Shown: in pieces, positions 13,451-26,584 of the stretch
How the letters are laid out: each line of letters begins with the position of its first letter
Position numbering within the stretch: position 1 is the stretch's first letter
Assembly (NCBI GenBank): GCA_036785375.1
Contig: JAWMAR010000471.1
Location: forward strand, 372,001-436,000
Direction of reading: 5' to 3'
Length of the DNA stretch: 64,000 nucleotides
DNA from: Leucoraja ocellata
Taxonomy: Eukaryota
The notes under the pieces: generated by a model
Database searches by the model: none
What the model was told of the DNA's origin: nothing
What the model saw: the letters and a program-made list of their open reading frames with translations, nothing else
Made by a program: the position numbers and the translations under genes

Positions 13451-14769
13451 ACATGCTCGCTGACAGACCAGATAACGATCTATAAATACAACCCATTCAA
13501 ACCGAAGTGCAATAGATAGAGCAAAGGGAAAGATAAGGAATTCAGAATAAAGTTCTTCACATTGTAGCGCATCAATTCCAGAATCAAATCCCAATGTCCA
13601 CAATGGGGTCGATGTGCTCCGGTCTGTACTCTACTTTATGGAGTTAAATCCTGTAGTACCCTGCCGAAGATAGACACAAAATGCAGGCGGGACAGGAGGC
13701 ATATCCGGAGAGAACATGGGTGACGTTTCGGGTCGAGACTGAGATTCAGGGGAGAGGGAGACTAGAGATATGGAAGGGTAAGGTGTGAAACCGATAGATT
13801 AAAGCGGACGGTGATCCAGGAAAATTCGAATATCATTGGGGAGGGGAGAGGGGTGGGGAAGGCAACAACGTGGCATTCAAACATACACTTTAGAGCGATA
13901 ATGAATGATACCGAGATTGAAAATGTATCGCTTTTTGGCGACGAGGATAAACATCATGTTCTTCCTCTGTGTGTTCCCTACATTGGCGATATTCGGCTCG
14001 AGTGGGGAATGCAATGTTGCTCATTGCATCTGAGCGCAGTACATCGAGTCCTTTATTGCCAACGTCATCGCAGACGCGGAGGAGAGCGATTCCACACTTG
14101 CTCGTTGCTAGCACCGCTGAAGCCTGGCGCGGCTCCTATTTCTGGTCAACCATGCAACACCAGCCCCAGAATCCATCCGTGGTCGGCAAAAAGAAAGGGC
14201 TCGATGAACGGAAACGATGACGAAGTGAGTCTGCGCAACCTACAGCACATCACGTGATCCTGCGTGCCGTCTCTATGTGTTTGCAAAAACTCATTTTGAC
14301 ACTTCCTCCTTGCAGCAGGAAGCCCCATCTACCGCCCTCGTTGTGCAGTTTGCCAGGATACCGGTCGCAACAGGGTTCAAGTGGACACAGCTCCAGCAAA
14401 TGGCTTTATGTTTTTGCTGTAGATTACATCACCCCTCATCTGTTGAGTCGGTGTAACCATCAGGTCACAGAACCAAAACGATTAGGAAAAAGGAGTGGCC
14501 GAGTGGTTCCAGTCAATTAGAGGCCGGGGCGGACATTAGTGGCGAAGTTAACAATAATAGCCTGTACTGCCGGGTTCCAAGAGGCAGTCCACAAGCCGTA
14601 GCCCGCGCAGGGGAGGCCCAATGGGGAAATTTGCGAGAATGTGTTTGGAACAAAGGATGCTCCATATGGTCAACAAAGAAACAGGCACCGTACCAATCCC
14701 TGCTGTTATCTGCACCAGTCTCGACACTCCAAAGACGTACACGTTTTGTAGGTGAATTGGCTTGTTTTA

Positions 14770-15345
14770 AACATAGAAACATAGAAATTAGGTGCAGGAG
14801 GAGGCAATTCGGCCCTTCGAGCCTGCACCGCCATTCAATATGATCATGGCTGATCATCCAACTCAGTATCCCGTACCTGCCTTCTCTCCATACCCTCTGA
14901 TCCCCTTAGCCACAAGGGCCACATCTAGACCCTGGTCTCACCAAGACCCTGTAGAACTGCAGTAGAACCTCCCTGCTCCTATACTAAAATCGTTTTGCTA
15001 TGAAAGCTAACATACCATTCGCTTTCTTCACTGCCAGCTGCACCTGCATGCCTACCTTCAATGACTGGTGTACCATGACACCCAGGTCTCGCTGCATCTC
15101 CCCTTTTCCTAATCGGCCACCATTTTGATAATAGTCTGCTTTCCTGTTTTTGCCACCAAAATGGATAACCTCACATGTATCCACATTATACTGCATCTGC
15201 CAAACATTTGCCCACTCACCCAGCCTATCCAAGTCACCTTCCAATCTCCTAGCATCCTCCTCACAGCTAACACTGCCCCCCAGCTTAGTGTCATCCGTAA
15301 ACTTGGAGATGTTGCATTCAATTCCCTCATCCAGTTCATTAATAT
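14770..15345 (-). mobile_element. CR1-clade LINE fragments
   Basis: DLDRLGEWANVWQMQYNV...QRDLGVMVH ORF2 piece and 3' end with (TTTCTATG)n tail. Confidence 0.85.
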
Positions 15346-15973
15346 AAATGTAAAATTGTCCCCTCTGTGTGACGGATATTATTGATGTCCGGGTATTACT
15401 GGTAGGTGCGGATGGTGGGCCGAAGGGTCAGATTCCGCGCTGTATCCCTGAACAACACGACACAAAACTCAGTCCCTTGGGTACTGGCAACATCATCGCA
15501 AGTTTTTTCTGCACCCTTCCCTGCTTGACAACATCTTTCATATGACAAATGCGTAAAACGGAACGGTGGCCTCGTATCCTAACTTGCATCGAATCCGTTC
15601 CTTGCGATTTTTAATTGCGAATGGGAATAATTTCTAACTCTGAGATAAATTTAAACAGAACGTACATATTGCCAGATATTCAACGTTACCTATAATTCCT
15701 TCATTTATCCCGCTCCTCACAGTTCCTTTATATTATGACATCTTACAGTTCCTCATGAGGCCGAGTCGAGTGTTCCCCGTTACAGCGGTGAGGATGTGAA
15801 AGAACGCTGACCGAGTCCCAACTGGGGAGGAAGTTGAGGTAGGCGGAAGTCAGTGTCTTCCCGCCCACCGTTACCACAGCGCCACCAGCACCAGCAGGAG
15901 AGGCGACAACATCCGAAAGCCGCACAGCACCAGGTCGATGAGGGGAGTTCACAAAGGGTTTTTCACAGGGAAA

Positions 15974-16019
15974 ATGCGCGTACTTGCCATTTGGATTGTG
16001 TGGGGAGCATGCCTGATAG
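15974..16019 (+). pseudogene. Orphan V leader exon with upstream promoter block and truncated intron; no V exon of its own
   Basis: MRVLAIWIVWGACLI+G|gtaaag intact; intron homology stops near 16237. Confidence 0.85.
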
Positions 16020-17469
16020 GTAAAGTCGCAACAGTTAATCCGGCTACTTACTCCGACGGAACGTCGACCATCATTGTGAATGCGAACCGGTCTAATCTCT
16101 CCCTACATGTAAATGGAAAGCCGGGTACTGTCTAATCACCATCCATATGCCATGGGGAAAATGAATTGGTAATGTTTCGTGTCGAAACCCTTCTTCAGGT
16201 CACCTATTCCTTTTCTCAAGAGAGGCTGGCTGTCCCACTATGATTTTGGTATGATTTTGCACACCCTTCATCCCCCTGCGCAACATAGTCCTAGCCACCT
16301 CACCCTCACCATGTAGCGCAGAGGCACGGCGGCACGGTGACGTAACGGTATAGCTACTTCCTTACTGCGCCAGAGACACGGGTATCCCGACTACGGGTGC
16401 ATGTATTTTCAGTTTGTACGCTCTCCCCGTGACTTGCGTGTGTTTTATCCGAAATCTTGGGTTTCCGCCCACAATCCAAAGACGTACATGTCTGTAGGTT
16501 AATTGGCTTGTTATATATACCTAGCCGGTGGAACATCATCCCTCTTCTCATCAGAACAGCCCCCTCCATAAACTCTTTTAAGTCTTGAGTTAAAACTTAT
16601 TTCCACTCACAAGCCTTTCTTGAGGTCCCCTGAGGGAGCGCTGCATGTGTGTACTTATGTATATATTGTTGATTTATGTACAACTGTTTGTAGCACGTTT
16701 AGTACCTGCACTAATGTAAAGCACTTTGCACAACGAGAGTTGTTTTTAAATGTGCCATGGAATTAAAATTGACTTGACTTGATCAATGTAAAATTGTCCC
16801 TAGTATGGGTAGGGTATTGTTGATGTGCGGCGATCACTGGTAGGTGCGGACACAGTGGGCCGAAGGGCCAGTTCCCGCGCTGTATCTCTGAACTACACGA
16901 ATCAAAATCAGTCCCTTGGGTGCTGGCAACATCATCGCACGTTATCTCTGCACCCTTCCCTGCTGGACAACATCTTTCATGTGACAAGTGCGTAAAAGTA
17001 ACGCAATACTCTAAAGGTGGCCTCGCATCCTTACTTGCATCTATCTTGCAACGAATCCGTTCCTTGCGGTTCGATGTGGGAAGGGGGGTCATTTCTAACT
17101 CGGAATTAAATTTAAATAGAAAGTACATTTCGCCCGGCAATCAACGTAACCTATAAATCCCGCATTGACCCGCTCCTCATAGTTCCTTTACATTATGATA
17201 CCTTAGAGTTTCTCACAAAAGCCGAGCCGAGTTCCCCCTGTTACAGCGATGCAGACGTTTCCTTCCCCCACCCAGTCACTACATGCCTAACCTGAGAGAA
17301 CGCTGACAGAGTCCCAAGGGGGGAGGAAGTTGAGATCGGCGGAAGTCAGTCGCTTCCCGCCCACCGTTACCACAGCGCCAACAGCACCAGCAGGAGAGGC
17401 GAGAACATCCGAAAGCCGCACAGCACTAGATCGAGGAGAGAATTTCACAAAGGGTTTTTCACAGGGAAA

Positions 17470-18381
17470 ATGCGCGTATTTGCCATTTGGATTGTGTGGG
17501 GAGCATGCCTGATAGGTAAAGTCGTAACAGTTAATCCGGCTACTTGCTCCGACGGAACGTCGACCATGATTGTGAATGCGAACCGGTCTAATCTTTCCCT
17601 ACATGTAAATGCCGGGTACTGTCTAATCGTCATCCATATGCCGTGGAGAAAATGAATTGGTATAGGTAATGTTTCGTGTCGAGACCCTTCTTCAGGTCAC
17701 CTATTCCTTTTGCCAAGAGATCCGCTGAGTTAGCTTTTTTTGTCTAACTTCGGTTTAAGTCAGCATCTGCAGTTCCTTAATACCTCTCAACCGCGGCAAT
17801 GTTCGATTCACCTCGATATGCAAGGGGACTATGCGATGCATATCTACCCCAGTGTCCGACATTGGCCTTTGTCTCTGGAACTGATTCGCTACAATAATAT
17901 GAACTGTATTCTGCACTCGCCATCTTCCCTTTAACTATCTATTGAACGTGCGTTCGATTTGATTGTATTTAAGTATATTATCAGTTGATGTGTTTGGGTG
18001 ACATGTAATACAAAGTCTTCCGCGTATTTCGGTGCACGCATGGCAAACCTAAACTTTATCCATATATTTTTCAGATCCCAATCATGGAGATACCGTCACA
18101 CAATCGCTGCCGTCAGCACAGAAGGTGGAAGGAGAGTCGGTGACTTTCAGCTGCACCTATGATACCGCAGCAAAGTACTACGACTTATTTTGGTACCGGC
18201 ATCATCAGGACTCAAGGCCCGAGTTCATATTGTGGAAATCTGCACATGGAAACGAGAAGAAAGCCGATTTTGCAGGCGCTCGCTTCTCTTCCCAGCTCCA
18301 GACCGATAGAAAATCAGTCAGTTTAACACTTTCGGGGCTGGAGCTGAGCGACTCTGCAGTTTATTACTGCACCTTTAGCCG
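17470..18381 (+). CDS. TCR alpha/delta V gene segment V4 (leader 17470-17515, V exon 18075-18381), intact
   Basis: Leader MRVFAIWIVWGACLI; open V exon ending DSAVYYCTFSR; RSS follows. Confidence 0.95.
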
Positions 18382-18420
18382 CACAGTGATGGAAACCAGT
18401 GAAACCTTCATACAAAAACA
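18382..18420 (+). other. 23-RSS of V4
   Basis: CACAGTG-23-ACAAAAACA. Confidence 0.97.
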
Positions 18421-18519
18421 TCAGCTTCTGCTTTGCCTGCTGCAGCTTGATACGTCTGCACCGCGCTTGCTGGTTGTGGTTTCCCCCCGCCTGAGAATTC
18501 CCAACTTACTCTCGAGGGC

Positions 18520-18619
18520 GGCTTGCGGTGTCATCGGCGCAGCTGAAACCGACCAACTCCCTTTCTGTGTTCCGTGCTGAGGGCGGCATCTGTGGTAACA
18601 GAATCGTCATGTCTGGTGT
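18520..18619 (-). pseudogene. Truncated inverted V relic behind V4
   Basis: ttttccag acceptor and frameshifted FR1 homology on the minus strand. Confidence 0.7.
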
Positions 18620-18687
18620 CTGGAAAACACATGGATTGTGTTTAGATTTATAATGGTCAGAGATATAGTGATGAACTATGCTTTACA

Positions 18688-20818
18688 TCCCTTCCCTTCT
18701 CCGACACCTCGCCCCCGCTTCCTCCGAGAAATCACTTTCCGTAATCTAAAATTCATTGATCCCCACCATCTCCCTGACCTGCTCTGCACCACTGTTCCCT
18801 GGACTCAACCCATATATCACCTGATGATCTCACAAACCATCTCAACTCCACCTTGTCTACCTCCCTTAACACTATGGCCCCCCTCAAAACAAGAACCGTA
18901 ACTTTCAACACATCTTCACCCTGGTACGCACCTGCACTTCGTAAACTGAAACAGACTGGTCGCCGACTTGAACGACTCACAAATAACTCATCTCTCACAG
19001 TCCACCTTGAAGCTTACAAACTCCACCTCACTGACCACAACGATGCCCTCATTGCTGCAAAATCTGCCTACCTCTCCTCCATATTCACCGATCCCTGCCT
19101 AAACCACAGAACCCTCTTCTCCACAGTGGGCAACCTCCTCAAGCCTCGAGCCAACACTCTCCCTCCCTCCCCTCCGGATCCCTGCAACTCATTCCAACAC
19201 TTTTTCGGCGATAAAATCAGCACCATCTATCAATCTTTTTCCCCTGTACCCGACTCCCCAGCATCTACTCCACCACCTACCAAGGCCCCTCCTTTCAACA
19301 TCTCCACTGACCTCCATACCCCTCCTGCACACTGCTTCCTCTCCCAGTTTGACCTGGTCACCCCTATTGAAATCTCCAAACTCATCATCTTTTCCAAACC
19401 CACTACCTGCTCCCTCGACCCTCTCCCCACTCCCCTGCTGAAGTCCTGCCTCCCCGTTCGCTGCCCCTACCTCACTAATCTCTTCAACTCCTCATTGTCC
19501 CAAGGAATTGTCCCCTCCGCTTTCAAAACTGCTGCTGGCACAACAATCTTAAAGAAACCTGGTCTTGACCCCTCTTCTCTCAATAACTACCGCCCAATCT
19601 CAAACCTCCCCTTTCTTTCAAAAACCCTGCAGCGTATCGTTGCGTCGCAACTTCATTCCCACCTCCTTGCGTATAACCTACTTGAACCCCTCCAATCTGG
19701 CTTTCGCCCCCTCCATAGCGCATAAACTGCTCTCCTCAAAGCCCTCAACGACCTCCTTACCTCTGCTGACACTGGTTCCATCAACATCCTCATCCTCCTC
19801 GACCTGAGCGCAGCCTTCGATACATCCTGCTCACCAGACTCAAAGACCTCGGCATTGAAGGCTCTGCACTCAGCTGGTTTCGTTTCTACCTTTCCAACAG
19901 ATCCCACTTCATCTCTCTCCACCACCACATCTCTGCTACAGCCACGGTCACTCAAGGCGTTCCCCAAGGCTCCGTACTCGGCCCCCTCCTCTTCATCATC
20001 TACATCCTCCCCCTTGGTCAGATACTCCGCCACTTCAATCTGGACTTCCACTGTTACGCCGATGACACCCAGATCTACCTCGGCACCAATTCCCCCCACA
20101 ACCCCTCCCCCCCCCCTCCCATATCAACTCATGTTTGTCAGCTATAAAAACATGTATGCAACATAACTTCCTCAAACTCAACAGCGATAAGACAGAATTC
20201 CTCCTCATAGGCCAAAGCCACACGCAGCAAAATCAATAACCCCACTCTCACCATCGACGGCACCACTGTCTCCCCATCTCCACAGGCCCGCAACCTTGGC
20301 GTGATCTTTGATTCCACCCTCTCCCTTGTGCCTCACATCCGCCATGTCATTAAAACCTCCTTATTTCTTCTCCGCAACATCGCCAAACTCAGACCCTCTC
20401 TCACACCTCCCGCTGCTGAAAGACTCATCCATGCCTTCATCTCCTTCCGACTGGACTATTGCAACTCACTTCTCCTTGGCATCAGCTCCACCTACATCAA
20501 CCGAATCCAACTGGTTCAGACCGCATCCGCCCGACTCATCACCCACACCAAATCCTGGCATCACATCACTCCAGTCCTCAAACAACTTCAGTGGCTTCCC
20601 ATCTCCCACCGCATCACCTACAAAATCCTGATCTTCACCTACAAAGCCCTCCACCATCTGGCACCCCATATCTCACTGACCTCCTCTCCCCCTACCAACC
20701 CTCACGGTCCCTCAGATCTACGTCAGCCGGTCTCCTCTCCATCCACAAGTCCAACCTCCGCAGTTTTGGGGACAGAGCCTTCTCCAGGGCAGCTCCCAGG
20801 CTCTGGATCTCCCTCCCC
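18688..20818 (+). mobile_element. L2-clade LINE, paralogous copy of 11003-13450 with its 3' end deleted
   Basis: Same 5' truncation point and insertion site as the first copy; fused to a CR1 fragment near 20818. Confidence 0.9.
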
Positions 20819-21588
20819 ATTTTCCCACTCACCCAGGCTATCCAAGTCACCTTGCAGTCTCCTAGCATCCTCCTCACAGCTAACACTGTCCCCCAGCTTA
20901 ATGTCATCCGTAAACTTGGAGATATTGCCTTCAATTCCCTCATGCAGATCATTAATATAAATGTAAAATTGTCCCCTCTGTTTGACGGATATTATTGATG
21001 TGCGGGGATTACTGGTAGGTGCGGACGGTGGGCCGAAGGGTCAGATTCCGCGCTGTATCTCTGAACTACACGATACAAAACTCAGTCCCTTGGGTACTGG
21101 CAACATCATCGCAAGTTTTTTTCTGCACTCTTCCCTGCTTGACAACATCTTTCATATGACAAATGCGTAAAACGGAACGATGGCCTCGTATCCTAACTTG
21201 CATCGAATCCGTTCCTTGCGATTTTTAATTGCGAATGGGGATAATTTCTAACTCGGAGATAAATTTAAACAGAACGTACATATTGCCAGATATTCAAAGT
21301 TACCTATAATTCCTTCATTTATCCCGCTCCTCACAGTTCCTTAATATTATGACATCTTACAGTTCCTCGTAAGGCCGAGTCGAGTGTTCCCTGTTACAGC
21401 GGTGAGGATGTGAAAGAACGCTGCCCCGAGTCCCAACTGGGGAGGAAGTTGAGGTAGGCGGAAGTCAGTGTCTTCCCGCCCACCGTTACCACAGCGCCAC
21501 CAGCACCAGCAGGAGAGTCGAGAACATCCGAAAGCCGCACAGCACCAGGTCGATGAGGGAAGTTCACAAAGCGGTTTTCACAGGGAAA

Positions 21589-21634
21589 ATGCGCGTATTT
21601 GCCATTTGGATTGTGTGGGGAGCATGCCTGATAG
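21589..21634 (+). pseudogene. Second orphan V leader exon (no V exon of its own)
   Basis: MRVFAIWIVWGACLI+G|gtaaag; intron homology stops near 21858. Confidence 0.85.
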
Positions 21635-23090
21635 GTAAAGTCGCAGCAGTTAATCCGGCTACTTACTCCAACGGAACGTCGACCATCATTGTGAATGCGA
21701 ACCGGTCTAATCTCTCCCTACATGTAAATGGAAAGCCGGGTACTGTCTAATCGCCATCCATATGCCATGGGGAAAATGAATTGGTATAGGTAATGTTTCG
21801 TGTCGAAACCTTTCTTCAGGTCACCTATTCCTTTTGTCAAGAGAGGCTGGCTGTCCCGCTATGATTTTGGTTCGATTTTGCACACCCTTCATCCCCCTGC
21901 GCATCATGGAATAGTCCTGGCCACCTCACCCTCACCATGTAGCTCAGTGGCACGGCGGCAAGGTGACGTCGCGGTATAGCTTCTTCCTTACTGCGCCAGA
22001 GACACGAGTATCCCGACTACGGGTGCTTGTATTTACAGTTTGTACGCTCTCGCCATGACGTGCGTGTGTTTTATCCGAAATCTTGGGTTTCCGCCCACAA
22101 TCCAAATACGTACATGTTTGTAGGTTAATTGGCTTGTTACCTAGACTGTGGAACAGCACCCCTCTTCCCATCAGAAGAGCCCCCTCCATAAACTCTTTTA
22201 AGTCTTGACTTAAAACTTATTTCCACTCTCAAGCCTTTCTTGAGGTCCTCTGTGAGAGCGCTGTATGCATGTACTTCTGTGTGTATTGTTGATCTATGTA
22301 CAACTGTTTGTAGCACGTTTAGTACCTGCACTAATGTAAAGCACTTTGCACAACGAGAGTTGTTTTTAAATGTGCTATAGAAATAAAATTGACTTGACTT
22401 GATCAATGTAGAATTGTCCCTAGTGTGTGTAGCGTATTTTTGATGGGCGGGGATCACTGATAGGTGCGGACACGGTGGGCCGAAGGGCCAGCTTCCGCAC
22501 GGTATCTCTGAACTACACGAATCAAACTCAGTCCCTTGGGTGCTGGCAACATCATCGCGCGTTTTCTCCTCACCCTTCCCTGCTGGACAACATCTTTCAT
22601 ATGACAAGTGCGCAAAACGAACCGCAACACTCTAAAGGTGGCCTCGCATCCTAACTTGCATATATCTCGCATCGAATCCGTTCCTTGGTGTTCGATGTGG
22701 GAATGGGGGTAATTTCTTACTCGGAATTAAATTTAAACAGAAAGTACATTTCGCCAGGCCATCAACGTAACCTATAAATCCCGCATTGACCCGCTCCTCA
22801 TAGTTCGTTTACATTATGATACGTTAGAGTTCCTCACAAAAGCCGAGCCGAGTTTCCCCTGTTACAGCGATGAAGACGTTTCCTTCCCCCACCCAGTCAC
22901 TACATGCCCAACCTGAAAGAACGCTGACCGAGTCCCAACTGGGGAGGAAGTTGAGGTCGGCGGAAGTCAGTCGCTTCCCGCCCACCTTTACCCCAGCGCT
23001 ACCAGCACCAGCAGGAGTGGCGAGGACATCCGAAAGCCGCACAGCACCAGATCGAGAAGAGAATTTCACAAAGGGTTTTTCACAGGGAAA

Positions 23091-24024
23091 ATGCGCGTAT
23101 TTGCCATTTGGATTGTGTGGGGAGCATGCCTGATAGGTAAAGTCGCAACAGTTAATCCGGCTACTTACTCCGACGGCACGTCGTCCATCATTGTGAATGC
23201 GAACCGGTGTAATCTTTCCCTACATGTAAATGGAAAGCCGGGTACTATCTAACCGCCATCCATATGCCGTGGAGAAAATTAATTGCTATTGGTAATGTTT
23301 CGTGTCGATACCCCTCTTCGGGTCACCTATTACTTTTGCCAAGAGAGGCTGGCAGACCCGCTGAGTTACTCCAGCTTTTTGTGGCTAACTTCGGTTTAAG
23401 TCAGCATCTGCAGTTCCTTCCTGCCTCTCAGCCGCGGCAATGTTCGATTCACCTCGATATGCAAGGGAGCTATGCGATGCATATCCACCCCAGTGTCCGA
23501 CATTGGCCTTTGTCTCTGGAACTGATTCGCTACAAGAATAATTATTTTATTCTGCACTCGCCATCTTCCCTTTAACTATCTATTGCACGTGCGTTTGATC
23601 TAGTTGTATTTAAGTATATTATCAGTTGATGTGTTTGGGTGACATACAATACAAAGGTCTTCCGCGTATTTCGGGGCACGCATGACAAAACTAAACCTAA
23701 TCTATATATTTTTTCAGATCCCAATCATGGAGATACAGTCACACAATCGCTGCCGTCAGCACAGAAGGTGGAAGGAGAGTCGGTGACTTTCAGCTGCACC
23801 TATGACACCGCAGAAACGTACTACTACTTATTTTGGTACCGGCATCATCAGGATTCAAATCCCGAGTTCATACTGTATAAACGTTCAAATGGAAACGAAG
23901 AGAAAGCCGGTTTTGCAGGCGATCGCTTCTCTGCCCAGCTCCAGACCGATAGAAAATCAGTCAGTTTAACCCTATCAGCACTGGAGCTGAGCGACTCTTC
24001 AGTTTATTACTGCGCCTTTAGCCT
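23091..24024 (+). CDS. TCR alpha/delta V gene segment V5 (leader 23091-23136, V exon 23718-24024), intact
   Basis: Leader MRVFAIWIVWGACLI; open V exon ending DSSVYYCAFS; RSS follows. Confidence 0.95.
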
Positions 24025-24063
24025 CACAGTGATGGAAACCAGTGAAACCTTCATACAAAAACA
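24025..24063 (+). other. 23-RSS of V5
   Basis: CACAGTG-23-ACAAAAACA. Confidence 0.97.
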
Positions 24064-24174
24064 TCAGCTTCTGCTTTGTCTGCTGCAGTGAGATACGTCT
24101 GCACCGCGCTTGCTGGTTGTGGTTTCTAGCCTTCTGAGAATTCCTTCCAACTCACTCACTTACTCTCGAGGGCG

Positions 24175-24273
24175 GCTTTAGGTGTCATCGGTTCAGCAGA
24201 AACCCACCGACTCCCTTTCTGTGCTCCGTGCTGAGGGCGGCATCTGTGTGAACAGAATCGCCATGTCTGGTGT
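24175..24273 (-). pseudogene. Truncated inverted V relic behind V5
   Basis: ttttccag|ACACCAGACATGGCGATTCTG... = TRHGDSV/TQMPPSARSTERESVGF; preceded on the minus strand by intron sequence resembling the V introns. Confidence 0.7.
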
Positions 24274-26584
24274 CTGGAAAACACAAGGATTGGGTTTAGA
24301 TTTATAATGGTCAGAGATATAGTGATGAACTATGCTTTACATACTAGCTGGCAGACCAGATCACGATCCATAAATACAACCCATTCAAACCGAAGTGCTA
24401 TAGATAGAGCAAAGGGAAAGATACAGAGTGCAGAATAAAGTTCTCCACATTGTAGCGCATCAATTCCAGAATCAAATCCCAATGTCCACAATGGGGTCGA
24501 TGTGCACCGGCCTGTACTCCACTTTATGGAGTTAAATCCTGTAGTACCCTGCCGAAGATAGGCACAAAATGCAGGAGGGACAGAAGGCATATCCGGAGAG
24601 AAGATGGGTGACGTTTCGGGTCAAGACCGAGATTCATGAGAGAAGGAGACTAGAGATATGGAACGGTAAGGTGTGATAACGAGAGATTAAAGCGGACGCT
24701 GGTCCAGGAAATGTCTAATATCATTGTTAGCTGGGGTGGAAGGCAACAACTTGGCATTCAAACAGAAACATTAGTGCGATTGTGAATGATAACGAAATTG
24801 AAAATGTATCGCTTACTGGCGACGCCGATCAACATCATCTTCTTCATCTATGTGTTACCTACATTGGCGATATTTGGCCCGATTGGGGAACGCAATGTAG
24901 CTCATTGCAGCTGAGAGCAGTACATCGAGTCAGCAGGATCTCGGAGAAAGACCCACGAGGTGACGGCGAGAACCTACAAACTCCGTACAGACAGCACCCA
25001 TAGACGGGATCGATTCCGTGTCTCCGGCGCTGCAAGTGCTGTAAGGCAGCAACTCTACTGCTGCGCCACCGTGGCCGCCCGGAATTTAATTTGGTTGGGT
25101 TGGAATGGTGGGCAGGGTAAATAATTCACGCGAATGATTTGCGGTTTGGGAGAGCACCGTGAATGTTGTTAAATGAACACAACGCATTTTGGCGGAGAAT
25201 AATAAAGATAGGCACCAAGTCAAAAAAGATTTCCACACGCTAAACAAACCCTTCAAAACAACAAAATAGCCTTCTCCTCATTGAATAAACTGTGATCTGG
25301 TAAATGTTTGATGAAGCGAGGGGTGGATCTCATCATTGAAACTGGAGATGAACAACCAACATAATAATTTGCAGCAGTTTGAAGTGTGACATATGGTTGT
25401 TAAAGCAGAGGAGCGTCTTGGCGTTCAAATCTTCATCTCAATCTCGGATTCAATGCCTTTCTCTCAATAACTCGTCTGTCCCATTTAACAAAGGCCTTGC
25501 CCACATATCGCCCCTACTCGTGCCTTGACCCTTATCCCCTTTCATCCCCTGAAAAAGCTCGATTGTTTTAATATTATTATCAGTGGCATTAATTTTTTGT
25601 ATGCTGTAAGATAATTCATTGAATTAATTGAGAAATTCTTGTCACTGTTATTTTGAAGAGCGGGCGCCGGTGTGGAAATCTTTGGCGACTTGAAACCTAT
25701 ATTTATCATTCTCTTAGAAAATTATTGTTACCGATATTCACCCCGACGTGGTTCACCCAAGCTTTGCCTCATTGATTATTGTATTCAGATAAAATATACC
25801 GTAGGTCCAACAATAGCAGTGCCCCCAGGTTCGACTCTGTAGATCTGTGATTAGTCGGAGTATTTGGCAAAGAAGCTTGCAGTGTAGTTACCCGATTGAC
25901 CAACTAACCGGGATACACGCCTGTGTACACTGCGATGACGATACATTCCCTCTATAACAATTAAATACAAGGTTATTCTGCCGATCATTTATTTTCGCAA
26001 GCAGATCAATAACATTCGAACATGTTAAGACACGCCAACATTTTGCAGAATGATATCCAATTTGATGAACATTTTATGCAGCAACGTGTTTTTATTTGAA
26101 ATAAAGATAATTTTCATCGTGCTTGTTTCGCTTCCTATGGTAGGAATTAAGTTCGTGCTAAGCGTTGATTCCGTATATCTGACCCTTTCTACCAGAACAG
26201 CCTTCCAGTCCATTCTTGAAAGCAATCAGAAATTGATCCAATTCCGTGTAAATCAGGCCAAACTTTATTTATTCCTGGAAGAGAACACGGTTGAGAATTT
26301 CGCAATGCGTTGTTCATTTTCTGGTTTGCTTATGATGCAGCAGATATTACAATTACCTTGTGCTGTGGAGCTTCAAGCAACTTAGTAATTTAATCAGACA
26401 GCACGAAAGTGGTCCGTCTATCCCGCCCAGCCTCTTTTGATCATCAACCTCTCATGCACACCGTTCTATTTCCGCCTCAGTACATTCCCATCCTCTGTAT
26501 GCCTTCGCGTATTCCACACACACACACTCCGTTTCTGCCACTCACCCGCACACGTGGAGCAAGTTACATTGGCCAATAGACTAA

